Below are positions 37,001 through 51,377 of a stretch of DNA of 64,000 nucleotides, in pieces; within the stretch, counting starts at the first letter, position 1, and each line of letters opens with the position of its first letter. Both the position numbers and the translations under genes were made by a program. The notes below the pieces were generated by a model that had not been told where the DNA came from, searched no databases, and was given only the letters and a program-made list of their open reading frames with translations. The stretch lies in assembly GCF_964194155.1 (NCBI RefSeq), contig NC_135890.1, forward strand, positions 107,074,001-107,138,000. Reading direction: 5' to 3'. The stretch is from Cetorhinus maximus (lineage: Eukaryota).

Positions 37001-40000
37001 TTGTCTCCTGGGTTGTTTACTCACACATTTTTCTATTCACCACTCTCCCCAATTTGTCTCAAAGTGACAAATGAGGAATGTCTAAGGGCAGAGTAGTTTC
37101 AGACTCTGACATAAGTATTTTCCATTGAAACTCTCTGATTAAACATATTGCATTTCCTTCCTTCATTCATCATACTTATTGCCTTCGTTCCAACTGTTTG
37201 GATAGCCACCTTTAATCGCTCCATGGTTTTTCCACACGTGTACCCTCCCTGACACCCCAGGAATCACTTGGGGTTTGTTAAATGCGATATCGTGGTCACT
37301 AAAGTTGGACCAATCAAAGAAATCGCTTTTCTAACCTGGATTGCCAAAATACACTGGTTGAACTCTTCCAGAATATGGATGGCTATTAACAGGTGGCTGA
37401 TCTTTAATGTTTGGGCCCATATCTTCGACTGACCGTCAATCCAGATTTTTCTGTAAAATAAAACAAAATACACCAACTTCTGCGGGCGAAACTTTTCTTT
37501 TGGACACAGGTGAGTAGTTAAGGGTTAACAAAATTGCCTTTCTCTTCTGTGGCCTCTATTAACCCTATCAATTCTGCATAGGAGTGAATCAGCTGAACCC
37601 TCTCCCTTTGAGCGCTGCCTTTGTAACGCATACCTCTGCTGGCATTTAGCCTTCCTGGGCAGGGCTGGCTCCCAGATTCAACTCCTCCTCCAGCATCCCC
37701 TCGGAGGTGGTATTTCTGGATCTCATTATTGGGTCTGTGGGCCTGATGCTGGCTGCTTTTCCTTTCTGCAAATGTTCCCCCTTAAATAGTTTCACCTGAT
37801 TAATATGAAACCATGTATCCCACTTTGTAAGTTGGACAGCATACACCATTGGGCTGGCTTTATCCACAATGCTGTATGGCCCCTTGTATACAGATTCAAA
37901 CAGACCAACACTCGCATCATTTCATGCCTTAACCTGCTGACCTATATCCCACTCTTGTGGTTTGGCTTTTTGTAGGAGCAATTTATTAACACAATGCCCC
38001 CTCCCTATGTTCCTTGCAGCCTCATTGTGGAGGCCTTGCAAGGCCACATAAGATCAACTGGTTCAATATAATTAATATAATTAAACTGTGGAAATTATGG
38101 GCCGGTGATCTGGGCTGGTGTGATTCTTCAGTATTGTCCATAGGTGTCTCATTCATAGCTGATTGTCCCATCACCACTTGTTAGGGTAAATGATCATAAC
38201 CTGACTTTAAATATGGATCCCGGATGTAATGCAAGGAAAGCCACAGACAATTCAGACAGATAGAAACACACATTCCAATTTAAAATAAAGCTTTACTTTC
38301 AAATCACATCGAATATTTTGGCAGAAACAACATACAGGCCTGATATCCTTTGCTCTTGTAAAACACTAAGCACCCAGAATAAAGCATTCCAATGTTAAAC
38401 ACTTACAATTCTCCAAGAAAACTTTAAGGCTAAAAGGAATTACCTGTAAAAGTTATTTTAAAATGAAGAAGGCAGGCAATCATTGTTGATCTTTATATGG
38501 GGAATATTTGGCATGGCCCCTCCTATACAGTGAAACATTTTTGGAATTGCCCCATCAGCCACCTTATGGTCCCTGTGAGTCAGGAGGTGAATTAGTACCG
38601 AATGAGAGATGAGCTTGGAGCTGTGTACTCATTAGGATCTCAACCAATATTAGTTTCACTCTTCAGAAGAATCTTTAAGGTTAACAGAACATGCTTTTGA
38701 CCAATGATCAACCAGGGTTGATGTAAAATGGTTCTGTACATCCTGGCACCGGCAACAAGAGAATCCCAGTGACCCAGTGCACTGGGACTTTTGAAGATGA
38801 TGATAATTTCCTGCTTCTGCCCCTTCTCATCACCCCCATCCTACTATCTGGCACGAAATGCAAACTGCAGATGGTGTAACCATGGACCTCTTGCTTCCCA
38901 CCCTTGCCCCTTCTTCACCTAACCTTCCACTTCTGATTTTGTGATTTCTGATACCCTAGAACTGCCCACTTACACAGGCACAGCAGCCCAAGGAGCAAGA
39001 GAGAGAGCAGCAGCCACAGCACTGATGAAGAGGTTCTATCCACTTAACTTGGTGCTCAGATACTGCCACTGTGCGCACCTTTTAGAGGCCACTACAGATT
39101 TAGATCAGCTTGTGGTGACTCACCAGGTATGAGTGGCCTGCAAACAGGCCAGGGGCAAAGGATGGTTTGTTTGTCAGCTTACTGGAGGGTGAGGTCACAG
39201 ACAAGTGTTACTGCAGTGGACTTGGTGAGGATCTCGATGGGACAGCATACAGGAGAATACTAAGGGGCATGCACACTGAGGTACTTGTTACATTGGCTGG
39301 TCTGGAGCAGGAGCACAGCCTTCCTATCACTGTCAGGGAACATGGAGGGGTCTGACACCAAGTTGGCATAGTTTATGGTGCAAAGCTTGCCCTATCCGCA
39401 GCCACTACTCCATCTCTATCTCACGTTGCAGACCCAGGGGCACTGGCACAGAATCACAGAATTATTATGGTGTAGAAGGAGGCCATTTGGCCCATCGTGT
39501 CTGCACCGGCTCTCTGAGCATTTTAACTTAGTGCCAATCTCCTGCCTTTTCCCTGTAACCCTGCACGTTGTTTCTATTTAAATAATCATCCAATGCCCTC
39601 TTGAATGACTTAATCGAACCTGCCTCACCACTCTTCCAGGCAGTGCATTTACTGCGTGAAGAAGTTTATTCTCACCTCACATGTGCTTCTTTTGCAAATC
39701 ACTTTAAAACTGTGCCCTCTGGTTCTCGATCCATTAAGGAGAGGGAACAGTTTCTCCCCATCTACTCTGTCCAGTCCCCTCATGATTTTGAAAATATCTA
39801 TCAAATCTCGTCTCAGCCTTCTCCTCTCTAAGGAAAACAGTCCGAACTTCTCCATTCTTTCCTCATAACTGAAGTGTCTCATCCCTGGAACCATTCCCGG
39901 TGCCTTATCAATTTTAAGTACCGACAGCTTATCCAATATCTCCTCCTGATCAATTTTAAACCCTTCTTGTGACTGGGTTTCCTTCTCTGTCACTATGGCC

Positions 40001-42826
40001 TGGGCAACATCTGCCTCGTAGGTAAAGACAGATACAAAGTACTCATTTAACAGCTCAGCCATGCCTCTTCCCTCGATCTGTAAATGCCCTTTTTGATCCC
40101 TCAGTGGCCCTACTCCTCCTTTTACCACCCTTTTACTCTTGGTGTGTTTATAGAATACTTAGGGATTTCCTTTTAGTTAGCTGCCAGTCTTTTTTCATAA
40201 TCCCTCTTTGCTTCTCATATTTGCTTTTTCACATCCCTTCTGAACCTTCTGTATTCAGCTTGGTTCTCAGTTGTATTTGCTACCCGATACCTGTCGTAAG
40301 CACACTTTTTCTTCTTTAACTTAATTTCTATTTCCTTTGTCATCCAGAGAGCTCTGGAATTGTTTGTCCTACCCTTCCATTTTGAGGGAACATGCCTTGA
40401 CTGTGCACAAACCATCTCCTCTTTGAAGGTAGCCCATTGTTCAGCTCCTGTTTTTCCCACCAACCTTTGGTTCCAGTCCATCTGGTCCAGCTCTGTTCTT
40501 GCCCCATTGAAGTCCGTTCTCTGTCAGTTGATTATTCTTACTCTGGTTTGACCAATGTCATTTTCCACCGTCATCCTAAACCTTATGATACAATGATCAC
40601 TGTTCCTTAAATGTTCCCCCACTGTCACTTGATCTACTTGGCCCACCTCGTTCCCAAGAACGAGGTCTAGCAGTGCCTCCTTTCTTGTTGGACTGGACAC
40701 TTACTGCTGTAGGAAATTCTCCTGAACACAACCTAGGAACGCTTGTCTCTCACTGTCCCTTTCACTACCACTATCCCAGTCTATATACGGGTAACTAAAG
40801 TCCCCCGTTATAACTACTCTACAATGTTTACACCTCTCTGTAATTTCCTTGCAGATTTGTTCCTCTATATCCTTCCCACTAGCTGGTGGTCTGTATATTA
40901 CTCCAAGCAATGTAATTGCACCTTTCTTATTCCTTAGCTCTAGCCAAATCGATTCCGTCCTTGATCCCTCTGACACATCCTCTTTCTCCAGTACTTCATA
41001 GTCTCCTTAACCAAAAATCCTCCTCCTTTGTTCTCTTTCCTATCTTTTCTGAACACCTTCTAATCAGGAATATTTAACACCCAGATCTGCCCTTTCTTAA
41101 GTCAGGTCTCCATTATTGCCACAACATCATAATCCCACAAGACAAGCATTGCTGTAAATCCCTAATTTTATTAATTATGTGCCATGCATTCACATATGTG
41201 CAGTGTAACCCTGATTTAGTCTCCATTGCTTGCTCCTTTAATCTGACACCATCTATTAATTTAGTATTCTCTTTGTCTTTTCTTAATTTTATTAACATGG
41301 AGAAAGGGTAATCCTTTCATTTGTAAATTTAAACAGTATTTGCCATAACTGACACTGCTGTCCCCATACCTGTTGCAGCCTTTGTGTGGACAGGGCACCA
41401 AATCCTCCGTCTTCCCTGTCAGAATACAACAATACTCTGGAAAATCCAAGAATCCCAGAAACACTCCAGAGTACCTTCAAGACACTTTACAAATGCAGAA
41501 GTTCCTCATGTTAGCTTACCTGCAACTTGGGTGTTTGGCCCTTCAAAGAATGCGAGTGCTAGACCCATCTTGTACGTCTGCACCTGATGTTTGCAGGCTG
41601 CTGTATGAATCTGTTATCTGGGCCTGAGTGAACCAAATTCAATATCCCTGGTGTCACATCATGGACTGGGTGACAACAGGACAGCGTCGATTCACAGCTC
41701 ACATGTAGGGGAAACCCTGGGTGTGCTCTTTTACGAATGGAACTCCGTACAGGAAGCAGCCGCAGCCAAATGGTATATGGCATGACTAAAATAAATTCTA
41801 TGCTCTTTGTGTTTGAAGTCCCTTGATTAGGCTCCTTGACATTGTCAGCAGCTGCCTCAATGCACTGAGGCTAATCTCAATCTGGTCCCTAATGAGTCCT
41901 CAGTGTATCAATCAGAGTTATTTCCTTAAAACTCTTGGCTCGGTTAAATCAAAGGAAAATGGTTTCAGATTTTGATCCCTGATGTAACATACATAGATTC
42001 ACGGACAATTCACATTTACAAATTTTCACAAGGCAGAAACAACACAACAGCATTTAGATTTGTATCCAAAGAAACAACTTTATTTTCAAGTAACGTTGCA
42101 CATTTCAATAAAATGAACAGCCCGGGCACATAAATTCTGTTATTACAAAAGACTAAGCACACTGACTAAAGCACTTATATATTGGACATCGACATCTACT
42201 CACATAAAGTAAGGCTAAAGGAATACTTGCAGAACATTTAGCATCATTGTGCATTATATACAGTTATTTTGGGTAAATTTCAGTGCATCACAAAAAGCGT
42301 CCCATTTCTCCATTTCTCATAACAACCACCTTGTGCCACACCCGAGTGGGAATAGAACCGAAAAGTATAATCCTCATGCTGTGAGCGCACGTGCATCAGG
42401 TTAACACTGACACTCACACAACCTATTTCATAGAGGATATCCACAGACAGCAGGCTTGAGGGAGGTTGGGCCTAATCTGAATTTAGGTCCCAAAGGAAAA
42501 TGCTTAGTAATCTTTGGCCTCATGTATAAAATAAAAATATGTTTCCATTCCTTCTTTGAAGGATACCCTCTGCTGCTTTGTCTGACACATTCCGTGTGGG
42601 CTATGAGTGCAGGCAGTGGCCTGCTTCGTAGACAGACACTAATATGTGCATGAACACCCCACTGTTATGAACAAGACAATCGAAGAGTGACAGTCAAAGT
42701 ATCATTTACTTACTAACCGCGATGCTTAAACTCATAGAAATTGCATCAGTGGGAAAAAAACCAACAGATTTTTATCGTAGTTTTTGTGTGATATCTAACA
42801 CTCATTCCATATTGGTGCTGTCTTAG

Positions 42827-43294
42827 TTAACCACCTCGTAGTCGTAGCATGAGGAAGATGGTGCTCTCAGACTGAATATTGTAGTCGGCGAGTGTCAGAC
42901 CATCCTCCAGCTGTTGCCCCTCGCACACCAGACGCTGCTGATTGGCTGGGACACCCTCCTGCCGTTGTACCCGTGCTCTAAAATCCCGAACAGACTCAGA
43001 GGGAAGAACGTCATATGTAGATGTTTTCCCCTTGTCATTCTTCAGGAATATCTGCATGCGCTCCTCGTTCTTGACAATCAGCATGACCTCATGACTGGGA
43101 GAGACATTGTAGTCAGACAGCCTCCTGCTGTCCTGCAGCTCTTCAGTGTTTCCATTTTGCACCACCAGGCGCTGTCGGAAATGGGACACCTTGGTTCTTT
43201 CATGTATCATCTTCTTGAGAGCTGACACTTGGATGGAAGGGTCGATATCAAGTTCTATAACCTCACCGGTCATAAACTTCACCTGGAGTCTCAT
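42827..43294 (-). CDS. ISG15: ISG15-like paralog A copy 3
   Basis: Intact 155-aa ORF ending LRLRGG, with K127Q. Inferred intron 43307-44875. Confidence 0.88.
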   Translation of the reverse strand: MRLQVKFMTGEVIELDIDPSIQVSALKKMIHERTKVSHFRQRLVVQNGNTEELQDSRRLSDYNVSPSHEVMLIVKNEERMQIFLKNDKGKTSTYDVLPSESVRDFRARVQRQEGVPANQQRLVCEGQQLEDGLTLADYNIQSESTIFLMLRLRGG

Positions 43295-45193
43295 CTTGTC
43301 AAATTTCTGTTAAGAAATGAACAAGATATCAGTGACGGAGATGCTGTGTATTGTGTATCAGTCACATAATACTATTTTGAACATGCAATACATTGTCCAG
43401 ACAATCATAGCATCTAGGGAACTAATGCATTGTATAATCTGCACCTACTGTACTCCCAACTCAGTCAAACTCCTTTAAGTATTTTATTCTCAATCGGAGC
43501 AATGCTGCACACAAAGCCATGGACTGCTGCAAATACCGAGCAGCCAGCATCTATGGACAGATCAGAGTCTTTTGGACTTGAAATATGAACTCTGTTTCTC
43601 TCTCCACAGACGCTGCTAGGTCTGTTGAGTTTTACCAGCATTTTCTGTTTTAATTCTGATTTTCTTCTGTTTGTACATTGGATTTCAGCATCGCTGTCAA
43701 ATCTAGCGTTTATTCCCCAAAATTAATTGCCCTCGTGAAGGTGGTGGTGAGCTGCCTTCTTAAACCGCTGCAGTGTGTATGTGGTATATGTCCCACAAGA
43801 TGCCTCACTTGCTCAAATACAACTTTGATGTTCAGGGCAGTCACTCTCACTTCTAGAATTTATCTGTTTTGTCACCTTTGGTTCAAGTTGTAAAGAGGTG
43901 TGGAACTCAGTGGTGGTCCAAGGAGAACCCAAAATGAGATGAGTTAACATTTCAGGTGTAAATCCTTTGTGGGAATTGGAAGATATAAAAATGATCCCAT
44001 TCCTCACATGTTTCGCCGGCTCACCCACGTTCCCATATCTGCAACATTTCGATGTCATGTCTGTTTTCCAGTTTGAATGAGGCAGAAACTGAGTTAGAAA
44101 TATTTGTGCAACTTATATTCTGAATTTATGTTGGAGTATTGAAGCTATCGGGCATCTGCTGCGCACACAGTTGCAATACTCGGTTTTGGCCACAAGAGTG
44201 ACTCAAGTAACGTGTAACATGAGCCGTGAATGAATGGGCTTCACTTGTGGGGAGCGCTGAACATTTAAACAGCCAACAGCAGAGTTCTCTAAACCAGGAA
44301 CGATGTAACTGTTCTTCGTTGTGCAGAATTCCATCACAGCTTCGTTCGTTTTAGACACTGCACTCATGATGAAATTAGATTTGTCAGGCTGCCCAAAACC
44401 TACATCTGCCCTGGGAATACAGGAATGATTTATCTCACTCACATCTCTCTCACTGTTTAACTTTGGTTATATTCTCTTGCACTGTCGCCACATTGAGAGG
44501 ATATTATTTTATCTTAAATTGACTGTGAGATTCAATATAACCCATTCGAGCTCCCAACATAAATTCAACCTCAGACGTATCTTACTATATTGTTTTAAAA
44601 AAGCAATGACCCTTGTAATCTTAGTTAATGAATGTTTAATGTATTATTTCGAATATTTGAACAGCCCCCGTTAGAATATCTGAGAACGGGTGTCACATAA
44701 ACATTAGATCTGTGTCTCCAACAGGATTGAGTTTTTCAATGATTTTCTTTCCATTCTCACCGGGTTTTATTAATAATAATAATTTATCAGAATTTGCATC
44801 TGAGATTCAGAACAAAGCAATTTCCACACCAGAAACAGAATATTGAAATTGCCCCGAAAGGCAGAATGAACTCACAGTCCTTGCTGGAAGCACAGGTCCG
44901 GGAAAGTTCAGCTGCTGAATATTTTCTGATGCACTTTTTCTGCGCAGTTGGTCCTTTCTGTTTCCCTTCGCACCGACTCTCAGATCTGGATGGAGTATGT
45001 GAATCAAGCTCTTTGCTTCTGCTGCTCTGTATCTTGCTCTGTGCGTCTCTCCGTTAAACAACTCTGTCTGCGCGCGTCTCCGGCTCCCTCCTCCTTTTAT
45101 TCTCAGACCCGGTTTCCGAACGTCACAGCCCCGCTGTCCTCTGATTGTCGCAAATCCCCTGTTCTGTTATGAAATAAATGTGATCGGAGCTGA

Positions 45194-45323
45194 AGTTTCG
45201 TTTTCCGAAAACATCCTCCCCCCCCCCCCGCCCCAGTGTCTGACAAATGATCTCTCAGTCAGCAGCAGAGCATTCTTGCTGATAACAGGTAATGGCCTCT
45301 GATCTGTTTCGTTTCCCATTTCC
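45194..45323 (-). promoter_or_regulatory. A3 proximal ISRE (45194-45206) and distal ISRE TGTTTCGTTTCCCATTTCC (45305-45323)
   Basis: The distal element reads GGAAATGGGAAACGAAACA on the minus strand (three GAAA cores). Confidence 0.8.
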
Positions 45324-48300
45324 TTCAGTAACACAATGTAGAGCATCTTCAGCCGAAAGTGAGCCTAGAGGATTCGATGCTCTGTTGCCATCGGCCGTTT
45401 GAACAGCTGTTACTCTTAGAAATTTCATCTGGACCCAATGTTTTCTTTGAAAAACGATCTTTATTTTTAGGAGTGTGAGGTGATGCTTTTTGGGAGGACT
45501 AACACGGCAAGGGAATCCACAATGAATGGTAGGACCTTAGACAGTACAGAGGATCAGAGGGACCTTGGTGTACATGTCAATAGATCCCAGAAGGCAGCAG
45601 CTCAGTAGATAAGGTGGTTAAGAAGGCATATGGGATGCTTGCCCTTGTTAGCCGAGGCATGGAACATAAGATTAGGGAGGTTATGTTGGAGTTGTATAAA
45701 ACGCTAGTTAGACTACAGCTGGAGTAGTGTGTGCAGTTCTGGTCACCATCCATATGGGAAGGATGTGATTGCACTGGAGAGGGTGCAGAGGAGATTCACC
45801 AGGATGTTGCCTAGGCTGGAGCATTTCAGCTATTAAGAGAGACTGGATAGGCAAGGGTTGTTTTCCTTAGAGCAGACAAGACTGAGGGGGGACCTGATAG
45901 AGGTATCCAAAATTATGAGGGGCATAGATAGGGTAGATAGGGAGAAACCTTTCCCCTTAGCAGAGGTATCAATAACCAGGGGGTATAGATTTAAGGTAAG
46001 GCGCAGGATGTTTAGAGGGGATCTGAGGGAAACCTTTTTCACCCAGAGGGTGGTTGTAATCTGGAACACACTGCCTGAGGGGGTGGTAGAGGTGGGAACC
46101 CTCACAACATTTAAAAAGTACTTAGATGGGCACTTGAAATTCCACAGCATACAGGGCTACAGGCCAAGTGCTGGAAAATGCGATGGGAAAAGTTAGGTGC
46201 TTGATGGCCAGAACAGACACGATGGGCTGATGTGCCTGTTTCCGTTCTGTATAACTCTATGACTATCAAGCACTCATTCTAACTCAGACCCTATGATGAA
46301 AGGCACTTCCTGTGACACGTCAATATAAGGAAACAGGGAAGGGATTACAGTGATATGGCTGGTATAGCAGGATGGCATCTCCACATTGGCACCAGTGATG
46401 TAAATTATAAAATTCTTGATTTTTTACAGATTGAGGAGTGGGTACAAAAACTGAATTTGGACACACAGTGTCCTGTGTCCCGAGCAGTGATACGTAGATA
46501 AGTGCTTGATGGCTGGCACAGACACGATGGGCCGAAGGGCCTGTTTCTGTGCTGTATAACCACATGACGCTACGACTCTAAGACGGTACAGTATTTCTTG
46601 GGCGGCTGCCTGAGTTGAGTTGGTTTATGTGAGATTTGGGGAGAGTGAGAGAAGGTGAAGGTGAGGTTGATGAGACCTGATTTGAATGGCAGAGCCAGTT
46701 CAAAGGACTAAGCCTCTACTCCTTCTGATGTTCTTGTTTGATTTGACAGTGCAGCAATATTGTAAAAAGCTTGTCAAATGAAAGATTGCTTCTATTCTGA
46801 ACTGATAGTGAGGGTGATTGCAGATTGAACTACAGATCTAGAGCTAACCCAAAGGGGCAGTGGAGTCAGTTCTCCTCTTAAAAATTAAGTTAGACATTTT
46901 GGCTGAGATAATCATCTTAGTCTGATGTAGCATGTAACTGAGCTGGAGAGGCTCTCCATCAAAAGTGTGCCCTCAAAATGGCTGCTGTAATACCCTTTCC
47001 ATGATCTTACTCTGATTTTCTTCCACCTTCTGGAAACAAATTAACTTTTGCAATTAAATGAAGCAAGGGAGTGGGGTCCCCATATTTCCCTTTCTTTGTG
47101 CCCAGTTACCATCCCTGAAAATCAGCACCAGTTTACCAGTGGCAGTTCTTAACCGATCAGAGATTGGGAAGGTGAAGAGGAGAAAGGTGCTGGAGGCCAA
47201 TCAGGATGAAGGTGCCGAGAAGTAAGGTGGGTCCAAACACCTCATGAGCATCAAACAGGTGCGAGCACTGATCCTTGCAGCACCCGGCTAGTTACGTCCT
47301 GCCAACCAGAAAATGGCCTGTTTATTGCTACTCTCTGTTTTCTGACCATTAACCGATTCTCAGTTCATGTAATATATTAGCCCTAATCCCATGAGCCCCA
47401 ATCTTTTGAAATAAGCTCATTGACGGTATTTTATTGAATGCCTTTGGATAATCCAATTAAAATAAATCCACTGGTTCCTCCTCATCTACCCTGCAACTCA
47501 GAACATCAACAAACCTCAACAAACTTTAACAAATGTATAGAACACAGTTTCCCTTTCATACACCCATGTTGACTTTGACCAATCAAATTATGATTTTATA
47601 AGTGCCCTATTATCATGTCCCTAATAACAAATTGTCGCACATTCCTTTCTGTTGATGTCAGGCTAACTGGCCTATACTCCTTCCTGATTCTTTCTTCCTT
47701 CGTTTCTTGAATAGTGGGGTTATGTTTGATCCTCCCAATCCATGAGGAGTGTTTGAGTATCTATGGAATCCTGCAAGACCCAGTGTGCCCACTATCTCTG
47801 TAGCCAGATCTTTTACCCCCTATGAAGGCGGCGATGGGTCCAGGGAATCTGTTGCCTTTTCGTCCCATGAATTTCTCTCGTACTTTTTTCAGGATACTAT
47901 TAGATTAATCCTGGGGATTTTAATTTTCATAGCGACTGGATGAAATAAATCTGCTGTAGTAATGTGGGGGATAAGGTTATAGAATGCAGTCAAAAATATT
48001 TTCTAGATCAGTGTCAGCAACCAGCCACAAGGAGAGGTCCCTAATTCTGGCAGTAGATAGGGAACACAATCTTGGGGACTCCTGGGTGTGGCTCCAGAGA
48101 ACAGTATCCATCCCTCTGATTATACTGTCCTCTGCCATTACCACATTCCTTCCCCACAGCTTGCCCTCAACATAAATGGCCTCATGTATCATGGTTCTGT
48201 GGTCAGTTTTCTCATCCACCAGATTTTTTTATCATTCAGACAGGCAGCAGGAAGCCCATGCCTGTTAGATAAGGACAATGGCTGAGGTCCCCTGCACTGC

Positions 48301-50909
48301 ACGATTGTGCTACGCTGTCTATGTTCCTATTTTCTTATCCGCCTTGTGTCTCCTTACTAACCTGACCCGCAGCCACACCCTCCTGTCCCTGACCACTATT
48401 TAGACACTATGGGGCACTACGTAACCTAAGGAGTGTGACTGCCTCTTGGATGAAGTGTCCAGCTAACAGTCTTCCTCCCTAATGCCCCACAATGCCTGCA
48501 TCTCGGATTGAAGCTCGACAAGTCGGAAGTTGAACTTCCTTGATGTTCAGACACTCACTGTGGATGTGGTTGTCAGCAATTGCAATGCTGTCCACAAACT
48601 CCCACATGCTGCTTTTGTTGCAAAGTACCTGCAATGCCATCACTATCTACCCAGTTTTATTTATTTCATTAATTAACATTTATGCATTTAAACAACTTAG
48701 CTTATTTTGTTAACCTTTACGATATAGCTTTAAGTGATTGGTATATTGATATTTATCTGTAAATTACCCATTTCCTCCCCATTCGGTGATGTCACTTTGT
48801 GAATGCAACAAAGCCCTGAGTTTACCAGCACTTCTGGCCATTTATGAAGCAGTCATTGGCAGCATTCCCAAAAAAAACACAACTGCTTTGATTTGAAAGC
48901 CTCTTGTTGAATCCTTTGGCTGCATTGAGTTTCTGGAATGTCTCAGTCACCAGGGTGTCCCTGACATTATGCCACACCTCCAGCTTTGCATTGCAATGTG
49001 GGTGTGGTCTCTCATGATTCAGCCTTAGCACTGCATGAGAAACCACCGTCTCCACTAGCTGCACGAGATATATGCTCACGAAACAATGATCTGTTAAAGC
49101 CTGTGCCCTGATATCTTTGTGTTTGGTTCCTTCACCAAGGAAGAGGTTTCTGTCCCCTCCAGGGAGAGAAAACTGTTTCCCTGTCATTTCCTCCCAGTTC
49201 TGTCTGCTCCCTGGTGCACCGTGAACCACTGACTGATAAGCTTCCACCTCAGTAATTCCCTTGTCTCAAGTAAGTGCATCGGGACAGGTGTTTGAATAAG
49301 CAAGTTGTCTCTTGGAAGTTTCTAGTATTCCATACTGGAATAATTAGAAAAGCATATTTTCTTAATTATTAAATGTGACCAGTGTGAACTTAATTTTTGT
49401 ACAAATTGCTGCCTTAGTCTCAGAATGACAAAATCACACAGCGCAGAAGAGGCCCTTTGGCCCATTGAGTCTACACCGACATGGGAGAAATGCCCGACCT
49501 ACCCACCTAATCCCATTTACCATAATTAATACTCTTAGTTGATCGCTCAGTAAAGAATCAATACAGACATGATTAGCCAATAGTTCTGTGTTGTAAATCT
49601 TTATCGTTCTCACAAAAACCTGAGTATTTGATATTTTTACCCAAAGCTGTGATGCTGTGAGAACCATTGAGATTGTCCAGTCTGAGCATGTGCAGACTGA
49701 ATGTTTTGGTACAATTTGTTCATCAGCTCGCCGGCTGCCTCCGTTCCTGATCCCATCAGGGCCTAAAAATCCTGCCCAGATTCTCTAACATATCATGTTA
49801 AATGCCACAGAAGATCAACCGGTACAATATAATTAATATAATTAAACAGTGGAAAATATGGGCTGGTGATCTGGGCTGGTGTGATTCTTCAATATTGTCC
49901 ATAGGTGTCTCATTCATAGCTGATTGTCCCATCAACACTTGTTAGGGTAAATGATCATAACCTAGGTTTAAAAATGCATCCCGGTTGGAATGCAGGGAAC
50001 GCCACAGACAATACAAACAGATAGAAACACACATTCCAATTTTTATTAAAATGGACAACTTTACTTTCAAATCACATTGGGTATTTTGGCAAATACAATG
50101 TGCAGGCCTGACATCCTCTGCTCTTACACAACACTAAGCACCCAGATTAAAGCATTCCAATGTTAAACACATACAATTCTCCAAGAACACATTAAGGTTA
50201 AAGCAATTACTTGTAGATGACCTTAAGTCATTTTAAAATGAAGCTGGAAGACACTCATTGTTGATCCTTTGGAATTTTTGGCATGGCCCCTCCTATTCAG
50301 TGAAAGAGCTTTGGAATTGCCACATCAGCTAACTAATGGTCCCTGAGAGTGAGAAGGTGGATTCGTACTGAATGAGAGGCAAGTTTGGAGCTGTGGATCA
50401 GGGACTGGATCATTATTGGCCTAAATCTTCAGTAGAATTTTGAAGAGTAACAGGACATACCTTTGACCAATGATCGGCCAGGATTGATGTGAATCAAAGT
50501 ATCACGAGTCAATGATCAGAATGGAACACGTTGCATTAGCAGTCCCCCCGAATCCTTCTATATTGTTAATTAAGTTGCTGACCCTTGTAAAATTGTGTCC
50601 AATGTTTTGTACCTGCATCTTTCCTCAGGTGAGAATGCAGGAAGGTGACCTGCACCCAGGCCTCAGTTGGTATCATTTCCTAGCCAAACATTATCTGTTG
50701 AATAAACTTCCTGTTGTTATGGGAACTGGGGCAGACAGGAATAAGATTCAAAAGTATCATGGACAAGTCAGTTACTGTGCAACCTGGGACTCTTACCAAC
50801 TGCAGCTGAGAAAACAGGAGTATATGAAAAAATTGATCAATTGAGGCACTATAAATAATTTACTTCTGTAATAGCTAGAGTTCATGGTATAAACCGCTGC
50901 AAGTGCAGG

Positions 50910-51377
50910 TTAACCACCTCGTAGACGGAGCATGAGGAAGATGGTGCTCCCAGGCTGAATATTGTAATCGGCGAGTGTCCGACCATCCTCCAGCTGTTTC
51001 CCCTCGCAAACCAGACGCTGCTGAGTGGCTGGGACACCCTCCTGCCGTTGTACTCGTGCTCTAAAATCCTGAACAGACTCAGAAGGAAGAACGTCATATG
51101 TAGATGTTTTCCCCTTGTCATTCTTCAGGAATATCTGCATCCGCTCCTCGTTCTTGACAATCAGCATGACAGCATCGCTGGGAGAGACATTGTAGTCACA
51201 CAGCCTCTTGTTGTCCTTCAGCTCCACAGTGCTCCCATTTTGCACCACCAGGCGCTGTTGGAAATAGGGCACATTGGCTTTTTTGTATATCATCATCTTG
51301 AGAGCCGAGATTTGGATGGAAGGGTCAACATCAAGTTCAATATCTTCACCGGTCAAAAACCTCACCTGGAGCCTCAT
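50910..51377 (-). CDS. ISG15: ISG15-like paralog B copy 3
   Basis: Intact 155-aa ORF ending LRLRGG. Donor CAG|GTATTC at ~52447. Confidence 0.88.
   Translation of the reverse strand: MRLQVRFLTGEDIELDVDPSIQISALKMMIYKKANVPYFQQRLVVQNGSTVELKDNKRLCDYNVSPSDAVMLIVKNEERMQIFLKNDKGKTSTYDVLPSESVQDFRARVQRQEGVPATQQRLVCEGKQLEDGRTLADYNIQPGSTIFLMLRLRGG

Larger units (their letters stand above)
21727..42793. repeat. Tandem segmental duplication unit 2
   Basis: Colinear high-identity copy of unit 1 with diagnostic indels. Confidence 0.97.
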
